Shown here: positions 9,249 through 18,900 of the stretch, piece by piece | Layout of the letters: each line of letters starts with the position of its first letter | Numbering within the stretch: the stretch's first letter is position 1 | NCBI GenBank assembly: GCA_039028615.1 | Contig: JBCCHT010000026.1 | Coordinates: 128,001-192,000, forward strand | Reading direction: 5' to 3' | Source of the DNA: Myxococcota bacterium | GTDB lineage: Bacteria > Myxococcota_A > Polyangia > Nannocystales > Nannocystaceae | DNA: 64,000 nt | Program-made: the position numbers and the translations under genes | The notes under the pieces: generated by a model | Seen by the model: only the letters and a program-made list of their open reading frames with translations | Told to the model about the DNA's origin: nothing | Databases searched by the model: none

Positions 9249-9902
9249 ATGGACTCCCCCGGAGGCGCCGATCTCGAACTGCTCGAATCCTGGCGTGGAG
9301 GCGATGGCAGGGCGGGCGAGCGGCTGTTGGCGAAGCACTTCGAGCGGATTCGGCTGTACTTCCGGACCAAGTATCCCGAGGCGCACGAGGACCTCTTGCA
9401 GGAGACGTTCTCACGGGTCGTGGCCAACCGCGACGAGTTCCGAGGAGAGTCTTCGTTCAAGACCTATCTGTTTCGGATCGCGAGCTACGTGGGGCACGAG
9501 TATGTGCGCAAGCGGTATCGCCACGGAGGCGACTTCTCGCCCGCGAACAGCTCGCTGGCAGACCTCACCGGCCGGCGTCAGTCGTCGCTGCTCGCGGAGC
9601 GCGAGGAGCATCGGCTGCTGCTCGATGCCATTCAGCAGCTGAACCTCGAGCAGCTGGACGTCATCCACCTCTACTACTGGGAGGAACTCTCGGCCAAGCA
9701 AGTGGGCGAAGCACTCGAGGTCCCGGAATCGACCGTGCGGAGCCGGCTGAGACAAGCCAAGGCGAATCTCGCCAAGGTGCACCGCGAGCTGGGCGAGGAG
9801 AAGCACTCGCGCGAACTCTCTGAGGACGACGTGGAGCAGTGCCTTCGAGACCTGCGAGGAGAACTCCGGCAGGCTCCATCGAGGAAAGAGCACACGAGCT
9901 AG
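9249..9902 (+). CDS. ECF RNA polymerase sigma factor
   Basis: DLELLESWRGGD, EDLLQETF, SFKTYLFRIA, LSAKQVGEALEVPESTVRSRLRQA. Confidence 0.92.
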   Translation: MDSPGGADLELLESWRGGDGRAGERLLAKHFERIRLYFRTKYPEAHEDLLQETFSRVVANRDEFRGESSFKTYLFRIASYVGHEYVRKRYRHGGDFSPANSSLADLTGRRQSSLLAEREEHRLLLDAIQQLNLEQLDVIHLYYWEELSAKQVGEALEVPESTVRSRLRQAKANLAKVHRELGEEKHSRELSEDDVEQCLRDLRGELRQAPSRKEHTS

Positions 9903-9968
9903 AAACGTTGGCTCCCTCGCGGGGAAGGGTCGGGCTCCCGGTGGCGGGGCCTCGGCCCCTTCGGTGGT

Positions 9969-11120
9969 GTGAACCGTCGAAATACCGATCATCTCGCCGT
10001 CGATGCACCCATCGTGGCCGTGTTCACGGCGAATCCATCCACCTTGACTCGCCTCGATCTCGAAGGGGAGCTCCGCAGCATCACTGACGAACTCGACCAA
10101 GTCGGGCTCCGTGGGGTCCTGCGTTTCCAGTGCGAGCCGGCTGCGACCCCCGCCGCGGTGCAGCGTGCCCTGTTGATGGATCGACCGACCGTGGTCCAGT
10201 TCAGTGGCCATGGGCGGGGCAGTGGTCGTCGGCGCCGCGCGTCGACACATGGCCGCCGCGACTTGGTCGTGGAGGATGAGCCGGTCGGTGCCACGGGGAT
10301 CATGATGCACGGAGATGCGAGGCGGCCGGTGAAGGTCGTCTCCGGGGCCGCGCTCGGGGATCTGTTCGCCAAGGCTGGCTCGAGCGTTCGTCTGGTGTTC
10401 CTCAATACCTGTCACTCCGAGGAGCAGGCGGACGCGCTCATCGAGCATGTCGATTTCGTCGTTGGAGTCGATGGTGCGATCTCGGACGAGGCGGCTCGGG
10501 TCTTTGCCACCGCGATGTATCGGGGACTCGCGTTCGGCCGTTCGGTCCGGGCTGCGTTCGATCTTGGGGTCACCGCCCTGAAGATGGAGGGGCTCGAGGA
10601 CGACTGGGCTCTGCCCGTGCTGAGTGTGAGGCCGGGAGCGGATCCGAAGGCGACGACGTTCGTCGATGCTCCGAAGCGCAGAAATGAGCAAGCCTGGGAC
10701 GCCTTCGTCTCGTACGCGAATACGGATTTCGAGCCCGTCCGCTGCCTCGCCGAAGCACTCCACAAGCGACAGCTCGAGATTTTTCTCGACGAATGGGAGA
10801 TCTTGCTGGGCGAAGAAGAAGGACGAAAAAAGGACGACGGCATCCGGGGCAGCGCCCACGGGATCTTGGCCCTGTCTCCGCAGACGATGACTCACCCCTG
10901 GGTCGAGGCGGAGTATGCGGCTCTGCTCGAAAAGGCGGTCTCAGACCGAAGGCGGCTGATCCCGGTGCTCGTCGGCGAGGGGGATGCTCAGCTTCCCCCC
11001 TTCCTCAGAGCGCGCCGCTATGTGGACCTCCGCGGAAAATCGGGCGCTGCGTACGAGCGAGAGGTCGAGTCGATTGCACTGGCGCTACGGGGAATACGGC
11101 GCGGGCCACCGCCGCGCTGA
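9969..11120 (+). CDS. CHAT protease-TIR domain fusion
   Basis: CHAT: FTANP, VVQFSGHG (His81), LVFLNTC (Cys148). TIR: WDAFVSYA, IFLDEWEI, PWVEAEY, LIPVL, YVDLR. Confidence 0.9.
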   Translation: MNRRNTDHLAVDAPIVAVFTANPSTLTRLDLEGELRSITDELDQVGLRGVLRFQCEPAATPAAVQRALLMDRPTVVQFSGHGRGSGRRRRASTHGRRDLVVEDEPVGATGIMMHGDARRPVKVVSGAALGDLFAKAGSSVRLVFLNTCHSEEQADALIEHVDFVVGVDGAISDEAARVFATAMYRGLAFGRSVRAAFDLGVTALKMEGLEDDWALPVLSVRPGADPKATTFVDAPKRRNEQAWDAFVSYANTDFEPVRCLAEALHKRQLEIFLDEWEILLGEEEGRKKDDGIRGSAHGILALSPQTMTHPWVEAEYAALLEKAVSDRRRLIPVLVGEGDAQLPPFLRARRYVDLRGKSGAAYEREVESIALALRGIRRGPPPR

Positions 11121-11134
11121 CCGGTGCCCGATCG

Positions 11135-11167
11135 GCGTACCCGACGAACCTGCTTCGTCGGGTACGC
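11135..11167. terminator. Perfect 14-bp hairpin between convergent genes (likely bidirectional terminator)
   Basis: GCGTACCCGACGAA-CCTGC-TTCGTCGGGTACGC. Confidence 0.65.
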
Positions 11168-11194
11168 TTCGAGGCCAGGTCGGTCGGGGGCGCG

Positions 11195-14100
11195 TCAGCG
11201 TTCGTCGCCGAGGTCGTCGAGTGAATCAGGTTCAACCGCTCGGAACCCGAGGTACGCCACGCGGTTGTCGGCATTGCGATTGAGGCGATACGCAGACCGT
11301 GCCTTGCGAGCGGGGTCGATCCAGCATCCACCGCGGATCACTCGGTTTCCATTCTCGAGCGGAGGATGGCGGAGCCCGTCACCGGTTCTCGGTGGGCAGC
11401 CGCGGTAGTCGCCGAACTCGTCGAGGCACCACTCCCACACGTTGCCGTGGACGTCGTAGAGCCCCAGCGGGTTGGCGTCCAGCTCACCCACCAGGTGTAG
11501 CCTCTGCTCGGAATTGTCGGCGTACCAACCGACCCGCGCGAGGTCCGAGTCTTCCCAGCCCGACCAGAAGGCGGTCCGGGTTCCTCCTCGAGCGGCACGC
11601 TCCCATTGCGCTTCGGTGGGGAGCGACAGCCCGGCCCACTCGCAGTAGGCCTTGGCCTCGTGCCAGGAGACGCCGACCACGGGCTGACGCGGTTGGTTGT
11701 AGCGGCCGTCTCCCCAGTATTTGGGCTCCAGGACCTTTGGGTTGGCCCGCAGATAGTAGCCATACTCCTCGTTGGTCACCGGGTGCGTCCCCATGAAGAA
11801 ACGGTCGAGCTCGACGTCGTGACGGGGACCTTCGCTACCTTTGCGGCCTCGCTCTCGACCATGCGAGCCCATCTTGAAGCACTCGGCGGGAATCAAGACG
11901 AGGCCGTAGCCACTCTTGGTGGACACACGGTGCTGCGGTTCCGGTCGTTGCTCTGGCAGGAAGAGCCGACGGAGAGGCTCATGCGGGTGCCGGGCCAGCT
12001 GTTCGGACACGGTCGATAGCCGATCGGGCTGAACCCTCTTCAGGAGCTGGGCGGCGGCGATCTGGCCGGGCCAGTGCTCTGGGCTGTCGTCCGACGGGGT
12101 GAGCAAATACTCGAGGAACGGCTCGATGCTGGCGTCCGCGGCCTCGCGGAGGCAGTCGACGAGTAGCTCGAGATGTTCTCCGACCATCGGTTGCTTCAAG
12201 ACCTCGCGGATCGTCGGCACGAAGAGCGCGGGCTCGCCGAGTGCGAGCAGCAAGATGGTCACCTCGCGCCACCACGGGTCGCCGAAGTGCTCGGCCAGCC
12301 GCTGGAGGATGCTGGGGTCACCGTGGGAGAGGCTTCGTAGGTGTCGGGCGCACAGGTATTCCTGGAAGCACAGGTGGAGCAGTCCGTAGCTATCCGATTC
12401 CTTCGAGCACAGGATGCCATCTTCGGTGCTCACGTTCTTTAAGAAGGCTTCGGCGTCGACGGGGTCGTCGTAGGCGAGAGCCGCATTGAGATGGGGCTCG
12501 ATGACACGGGCGATGGATGCAGCGTCGGCGTGGGTACGGCCTCGTTCCTCGTGCAGCCAGTACGCCAAGGGCTGCAGCAGCTGGTGTGCTTCGCGATCGC
12601 CGAAGCGACGGGGAAGCTCACCTCTGCCGCGCCACTTGTGCAGGAGGACCTGGAGGCACTGCTCGTAGAGCTCGCCCCGCCTGGCGGGCAAGCCTCCACG
12701 TTGGTGAAACACGGCGCACAGGACCGTGAGCATCAGGGGATTGCGGGCCAGCTCGAACATCCGAGTCGCTCGAAATTCGGGCGCCTCCAGCTGAGTGGAT
12801 AGCGCCTCGGCGCGACGTCGCGCCTCGGATGCCGACAGCCCTTCGTCGGAGGCACGGAACCATCGGACGATGAGGTTCTCGGCCTCGGCCTTGCCCAAAG
12901 GAGGGAGCTGGACCTCGAGCACGGGGGTCGACCATCGTCCCTCGGAACCCGGCTCCAACGGTCGCTGGGTGAGCATGAAGCGGGCTCGGGGATGTTCTCG
13001 CAGGCCCTGGTCGATCCACCGCGTGACGCGCTCACGACGTTCATGCGTGGGGAGCTCGTCGAAACCGTCGACCAGGAAGAGCAGGTGTTTCCGCTTCAGG
13101 AGCGCATCGATGAGCGAAGCGTCGACGCGAGAGTCTCGTTGCAGATACGTAGTAATGGCATCGTGCAGATCTTCGAGCTCGGGCGGCAGCTCGTGGAGAG
13201 GGAGCACGATCGGCACCGTATCGACCGGGAGCCCGAGGGTCTTGGGGTTTCGCCGCGCCAGCCACAGCGCGACACGTCGAAGATGCGTGGATTTGCCCGA
13301 GCCCGGGGGACCGACCAGCACGACGACTCGGCAGTCCTTCTTGGCTGCCTGCTGGAACACCTGGTGGAGTTCGAAGTCCGGCTCCTCGGTGTCTGGCGCG
13401 TCGTCGTCCGTCGAGCGAGCCGGTGTCGGCCTGACTTTCACGCGGAGGTCGTCGATCCGGAGTGTGTTCTCGAGCAAGGCGCTGGGTCCCAGCATGGTCG
13501 TGGTGGCGCTGTCTTGCTCTACGAGTTCGAGATAGCCCGACACATCTCGCGCTGGCCGTCGCTGGGTACTGGATGACGGGGTCGCCGTCCTCTGGCGTTT
13601 CGGTGCTTTGCTCCGCTTGGGCTTGGCGGGGGATGGTCCGTCGTTCTCCGGGGAGGCGGCGTTAGAGGGCGGAGGCTCGTCGGCGGCTGGAGCCTCGGCG
13701 GGCAGAGGTAGCGGTCGTACGGGCTTCATGGCACCGCCCTGCCGCCACTCGTGAAGGTTGTGAGTCACCTTCGAACCGACGTTCTCCGGTGTGAAACGAA
13801 TCGTGACCTCCTCTGCCTCGAGGCGAGATTTGAGCGCTTGAAGGCGACTTTGCTTGGCCCAACGTTGATCCAGGGCGTCGAACGCCCGGCCGACGACTAC
13901 GGGTTGCTGTTCGTCGATCAGGAAGACCAGCCGAGGGATCTTCTGCTCCAGTGCCCATTCGTACTCGAGTTCGATGAGTGAGCGGTCGTGGTCGGGTGGT
14001 GCGTCGCCGTAGCGCCACGACACCATCATCAAGAAGAGATCACAGCTCTCGAGTTGCTTTCGACGAGCTTCGAGCGCTGCCGTTCCGGCTCCGCTGGCGA

Positions 14101-14710
14101 GGGGCTCTTGAGGTACGACGACCATGCCGACCTCCTGGATTGTCTCGAGTAGCTGGTCGCGCAGGTCCGCGTCGTGATCCATGGTGGACGAGAGAAACAC
14201 CCGATAGGGAGTGGGGGCCGCAGGTTCGGCTGCTCCCGGCCATCCCGCTTGCGGTGAGTCCCCGAGCCGCTGGCGAAGCGCTGGTCCCGGATCGAAGCCG
14301 ATGATCAGCTCTGGTGCCTGTCCGGTGACACCCGCGATCAATCGTTCGAAACCGTCGTGATCGGTGAGGTCGACCCATGTGCGCGCCCGTAGGAACCCGT
14401 CGATGCTGTCCTTGGAGGCACCCGGTAGCAGGACGGGGATGACCCGGCTTTTGGATTGATCGATGAGGGCGAGCTGGCTTTCCTGGTCTCTCCAGGCATC
14501 GGCTCCTCCGGGCCCGAAGAACACCGCGACGGTCTTGCTGCTCTCGATCGCTTGCTCGAGCGCAGGGACCCACTGTTCGCCTGGTACCAACATCCACCGC
14601 CGAAAGTAGGGGTGCAGTTCGGCTTCGCTCCGTAGCCGTTGTGCGAACACTTCGACCTCGGATTCATCGTGATTGGTATGCGAGAGGAAGACGTCGTATT
14701 CGTCGGACAT
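11195..14710 (-). CDS. TIR-DUF4062-NACHT-FGE/SUMF1 multidomain (NLR-like STAND) protein
   Basis: TIR: YDVFLSH...WRDQE. DUF4062: RVFLSST, RYG, SLIELEYEWA. Walker A GPPGSGKST, Walker B LVDGFDE, NPLML, HLCFQEYLCA. FGE: FKMGS, PVTNEEY, LPTEAQWERAARGG, YDVHGNVWEW, RVIRGG, GFR. Confidence 0.92.
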   Translation of the reverse strand: MSDEYDVFLSHTNHDESEVEVFAQRLRSEAELHPYFRRWMLVPGEQWVPALEQAIESSKTVAVFFGPGGADAWRDQESQLALIDQSKSRVIPVLLPGASKDSIDGFLRARTWVDLTDHDGFERLIAGVTGQAPELIIGFDPGPALRQRLGDSPQAGWPGAAEPAAPTPYRVFLSSTMDHDADLRDQLLETIQEVGMVVVPQEPLASGAGTAALEARRKQLESCDLFLMMVSWRYGDAPPDHDRSLIELEYEWALEQKIPRLVFLIDEQQPVVVGRAFDALDQRWAKQSRLQALKSRLEAEEVTIRFTPENVGSKVTHNLHEWRQGGAMKPVRPLPLPAEAPAADEPPPSNAASPENDGPSPAKPKRSKAPKRQRTATPSSSTQRRPARDVSGYLELVEQDSATTTMLGPSALLENTLRIDDLRVKVRPTPARSTDDDAPDTEEPDFELHQVFQQAAKKDCRVVVLVGPPGSGKSTHLRRVALWLARRNPKTLGLPVDTVPIVLPLHELPPELEDLHDAITTYLQRDSRVDASLIDALLKRKHLLFLVDGFDELPTHERRERVTRWIDQGLREHPRARFMLTQRPLEPGSEGRWSTPVLEVQLPPLGKAEAENLIVRWFRASDEGLSASEARRRAEALSTQLEAPEFRATRMFELARNPLMLTVLCAVFHQRGGLPARRGELYEQCLQVLLHKWRGRGELPRRFGDREAHQLLQPLAYWLHEERGRTHADAASIARVIEPHLNAALAYDDPVDAEAFLKNVSTEDGILCSKESDSYGLLHLCFQEYLCARHLRSLSHGDPSILQRLAEHFGDPWWREVTILLLALGEPALFVPTIREVLKQPMVGEHLELLVDCLREAADASIEPFLEYLLTPSDDSPEHWPGQIAAAQLLKRVQPDRLSTVSEQLARHPHEPLRRLFLPEQRPEPQHRVSTKSGYGLVLIPAECFKMGSHGRERGRKGSEGPRHDVELDRFFMGTHPVTNEEYGYYLRANPKVLEPKYWGDGRYNQPRQPVVGVSWHEAKAYCEWAGLSLPTEAQWERAARGGTRTAFWSGWEDSDLARVGWYADNSEQRLHLVGELDANPLGLYDVHGNVWEWCLDEFGDYRGCPPRTGDGLRHPPLENGNRVIRGGCWIDPARKARSAYRLNRNADNRVAYLGFRAVEPDSLDDLGDER

Positions 14711-14889
14711 GGGTGCACTCGTTGGCCCCGTGTCGCGAAGGGCGAAAATCAGCATTCGAAAATGAGTATTTCGAGTCGAGTAAGCTCACGAGATTAAATC
14801 CACGAAACCATGGACCGAGTGGTGCCTTGGTGACACTGGCCCCGCCGTGCCCCAACGATTTCACCCTGGGCACGAGGTGGAGGCTCGGT

Positions 14890-15993
14890 ATGACCGATCA
14901 CCATGGAAAACGCCTGGATCTACTCATCCTCGCTCGTCTCTGTACGGCGGGTACTCGTCCTCCTTCCGCAGCCAAGCTGGAAAAGGACCTGTACGCGTTC
15001 TTGGAAGCCAAACTCTCTCAGCCCGAATGGGGGTCGAGGTGCTCGGAGCATCTCGCTTCGATGCTCGAGCGCGGCGATATCGACGAGCGTCGCAGCCCGA
15101 CACCCCAGGGACGCCAGCGGCTGATGCAGGCCTTGGGTGTTCGGGCTCTTCCTCCGCGATGGTCGAAGATGTGGCGGGCTCTGTTGCCGGCGCTGGCGCT
15201 CGATTTGCCTGGGCCTCGATGGTCGGAAATCGGGAGCGCGGAGGCACTCCGGGCTCGGATCATTCGCCAGCACCACGATCTGTCGATCGCCGACACGCCC
15301 ACGCTGACGCAGGCCGTCGACGCTCAGGCGTGGCAGGCCCTGGGCATCGACGAGACGGGGCCGCTGACGCTGGGCAAGATTCGGAGGGCTTTGCTCGAGC
15401 GGACCTTGAGCGCACCGATCCGGGCCAAGTCGGTGGATACGGCGAAGGCCGGACAGTGGTTGGCGACGGGCGCGGTTGGAACGACGACGCGAGACGTGGC
15501 CGCGATTCAGCGCGCGCTGGTGTGTCGCTGGGTCTTTGACGAAGAGCCCAAACCCAAGCCCACGTCAACGGAGATCACGGTCGTGACCCCGCGGCGGACC
15601 ACACCGGCGCGGCCGAAGCAGCTCCCGTTGACGCCGCCGAAAGGGAAGCGCCGCAAGAAGAAGCGGAGGCAGGCGAACGCAACGCCGACGCTGAAGCAAT
15701 GGGCCGAGCAAGTTCAATCGCTGGCCGATCGGATGAAAACCGGGCTCTACGGTGAGGAACGCGTGTTCATTGCCGCGGTCTGGCGGGCGGCTCAGCGAGG
15801 ATCGGCCGATCTTCACGGGCCCCTTGGCGAGTTCAAGTCGCGGCTCATCGAGGCCAATCGTGCCGGCCACCTACGTCTGCATCGAGCCGACCTCGTCGGG
15901 GCGATGGACGAGCGATTGGTCCGAGATTCCGAGATCGAACACCTCAACGCGAGCTTTCACTTCATCGAGATTCCGCCCCGGAGGATGTCATGA
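14890..15993 (+). CDS. Hypothetical basic protein, probable winged-helix nucleic-acid binder; partner of the downstream ATPase
   Basis: 367 aa with a KRRKKKRR linker and C-terminal VFIAAVW...FKSRLIEANRAGHLRLHRADLV; stop overlaps the next start (ATGA). Confidence 0.75.
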   Translation: MTDHHGKRLDLLILARLCTAGTRPPSAAKLEKDLYAFLEAKLSQPEWGSRCSEHLASMLERGDIDERRSPTPQGRQRLMQALGVRALPPRWSKMWRALLPALALDLPGPRWSEIGSAEALRARIIRQHHDLSIADTPTLTQAVDAQAWQALGIDETGPLTLGKIRRALLERTLSAPIRAKSVDTAKAGQWLATGAVGTTTRDVAAIQRALVCRWVFDEEPKPKPTSTEITVVTPRRTTPARPKQLPLTPPKGKRRKKKRRQANATPTLKQWAEQVQSLADRMKTGLYGEERVFIAAVWRAAQRGSADLHGPLGEFKSRLIEANRAGHLRLHRADLVGAMDERLVRDSEIEHLNASFHFIEIPPRRMS

Positions 15994-18900
15994 TGCCCGA
16001 TTCAATCTCACCCCTGGAGATCGCCGATACCGTGGACAGCATCGGCTCGATGATCGAGCGTGTGCTCGAGCCCGGGAATGAAGCCGAGCTGCTCGGCCCC
16101 GACCTGCATCGATTGCGGGTGGAGCATGATCTGCCTCGTCGCATGGTCGTGATTGGAGCGTTGCTCAACGACTTTGCCCGGGTGGCATATTGCTGCATCG
16201 AGGCCGACAAGCAGATCACCGACGAAGAGATCGAGCACATCTACCCCATCTATTTCTCGCTGCTCAGTTTTCTCGCGAAGTTCAGACCGGACTACGAGCG
16301 CTTCGTCGGGATCGGCCAAGACGAGCTACGGGAGCTGCTGGCCTACTATGCCGCGGATTCGGGCCCCTTTGGAGCGCGGGCGGAGCGAACCCAATGGGTC
16401 GGGCTCGACGTCTGTCGGAGGACCGCACGAGAAACCGGGGACGAAGAGCCGCTGGAGCGCTATGTCCGTTCCCAGCGACGCATCATGGACCGGGTCTTTT
16501 CGCTGGGGGGGATGACCACCGAGGAAGAGGTTGCACGCAAGGAACTCGGGGCGATGATCGAGCTGCGGCGAAAGCTCGTGGAGACTCCCTTGCCCGGAGG
16601 GACCGACCCGCGGATCACGGCGTTCTGTAGTCCTTCGGCGCCTTCGGTCTTCGGTGCCATCGCCCACGCACATCAGGTGCGGGAGCGAGACCCTTTCGAT
16701 GTCGACACCGTGCACTCGGAGGCACGCGAGGGGTTCGAGCGCTTGGTCGACCGGGTGCTGGCGTCGGATGCCGATCAACGGGGTCGCATTCTCGTCCTCC
16801 GGGGTCCGTCGGGGGCGGGCAAAACACACCTGATGCGGGCCTTTCGCGGGTATCTGCACGGGCATCGGCGAGGATTCGCCGCCTACATGCAGATGACGAC
16901 GCGAGCCGAGGACTACGCGCGCTATGTGCTGGTCAACATCATCGATGCGTTGGAGCGTCCCTATGACGCTCCCGAGCTGATGAACTCGGGTCTGATTACG
17001 TTGTCGGACGCTCTGGCCGAGGATCGCCGAACTCTGCCGGCCGATGTTCTCGAGGCGTTTCGCGACAGCGACTTCGATCCGATGCACACCGATCCCGTCA
17101 GTCCCTTGGTGGATCGACTGCTCGAGCACCCGGCGTACCAGGGCTTCGACCCGGATCTATTGCGGGTACTGCTCTATCTGCAGCGTCGAGAACCGCCGAT
17201 CCGTGCTCGGGTACTCAAGTACCTGCGCTGCGAGGGGCTCAACGACTATGACCGGCGGATGCTCGGTGGGATCAGCCCGCGTTTGGACCAGGACTCTCCG
17301 CTGCGCATGATCGAGCAACTCGGGCGATTGATGTCTCGGGTGGGCCGCTTCGCGTTCGTGCTGTTGGTCGATCAGATGGAAGACGTGTTCAACCTCGACG
17401 AGAGCGGGGTCCGTATCGCTCGTGCCGTCGACGTCTTGCGTCACGTCATCGATCACGTCCCCACCGCGGTGGTCGTTCTGTCCTGCCTCCACGATTTCTA
17501 TGACCGGGTACGGCGGCACCTATCGCGGTCGGCCCTCGATCGACTGGAGTCCGATCCTCCTCCGATCACCCTCAACGCGGGGCGCAGCCTGGCCGAGATC
17601 CAGCGGATCGTCGGGCTGCGCCTCGACTATCTGTACGACAAGATGGACGTTCGTTTTCATGACGACGATCCCACCTTCCCGATCCCGACCAAGGAACTCG
17701 AGTCTCGCGTGAACATGCGGACGCGTGATGTCCTGGACTGGTGTCGCGAGTATCAACAGCAGTGCATCGAGCGTGGCGGGTTGACCGACATGCCCGCGGG
17801 GGCACCGAAGCAGCGCAAAGCGGAGCCGTCGGAGACCAATCGACTGGAGCAGGCGTGGAACGACTTCCGAATCGCGTTCTCGAAGCCCGTACCCGAGGAC
17901 GATGAAACGCTGCTCGAGCTTCTGGCGTGGGCCTCGAGTCAGGTCGGGCAGGAGTACGAGCCTCCGTTTGGCCTGGTGACCGAGCGTGAGGGCGCGGCGC
18001 TCGTGGTGATGGGTGGTGACGAGCCGCTGGTGGTCGGGATTGGCAATCGAGGAACGCGTGGCGGAGGGTTGCATCGGCAGCTGACCGGGCTGCGAGAGCA
18101 AGCGGGTTCACGGCCCCTCGGTCTCGTTCGTTGTTCCGAGTTCCCCGACAATCCGCGGACCAAGGTCTTCAAGGCACTCGGCGAGCTGTTGCGCGACGGA
18201 GGGCGGAGAGTCACCGTGGAGGACGGCGACTGGCGCACGATCATGGCCTTTCGGGTGTTCAGCGAGGAACACGGCAGCGAGGATGGGTTCGGGGCTTGGC
18301 GTCGCAATGAACGGCCCCTCGCACAGATCGCTTCGCTTCAAGAGCTGCTGGCGCTCGACGAGCTTGCTCGTCGCGTGGGCAAGGATGGTAAGCCCAGCCC
18401 GGAGCGAGTCGATGATCCACCCGAGGCACCCGTCGCTTCACCCGGAGACGACCAGCCCGAGGGCGACGGTGAGCAGGAAGACGAGCAAGATCCCGAGGAG
18501 ATCGAGGTCGACCCCGAACCTGCGGACATCGAAGACGCAGAGGAAGTCGATTCTGGTGACGCTGAACCGACGGCTCCGAACGAGATCGCGGTGGGGCGGA
18601 CGACCGGGTTCAACGCCAAGCCGGTCACGATGCGCCTTGGAACGCTCGTCACCCACGGTGCCTTCTTGGGGTCCACGGGGAGCGGTAAGACGACGCTGGC
18701 CCTCAACTTGATCGAGCAGGCGCTCGAGCGAGGGATTCCAACGCTGCTTCTCGATCGAAAGGGCGACTTGTGCACCTACGCTCGTCCGAGCTGGTGGGCG
18801 GCCGAAGGGCGCGATGAGGAGGCCTCCGTGCGCAAGCAGAAGCTGCGGGACCAGGTGGACATCACCATCTACACCCCCGGGGCGCCGACGGGGCGTGACC

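Noticed and set aside
11135..11350. FGE-domain C-terminus plus downstream hairpin as a diversity-generating retroelement target
   Set aside because: No reverse transcriptase or template repeat seen in the window. Several would-be variable codons (AAG, GTG, GCG) do not fit AAY-derived mutagenesis. Similar hairpins sit between other convergent genes here. A genome-wide template-repeat search could reopen this.
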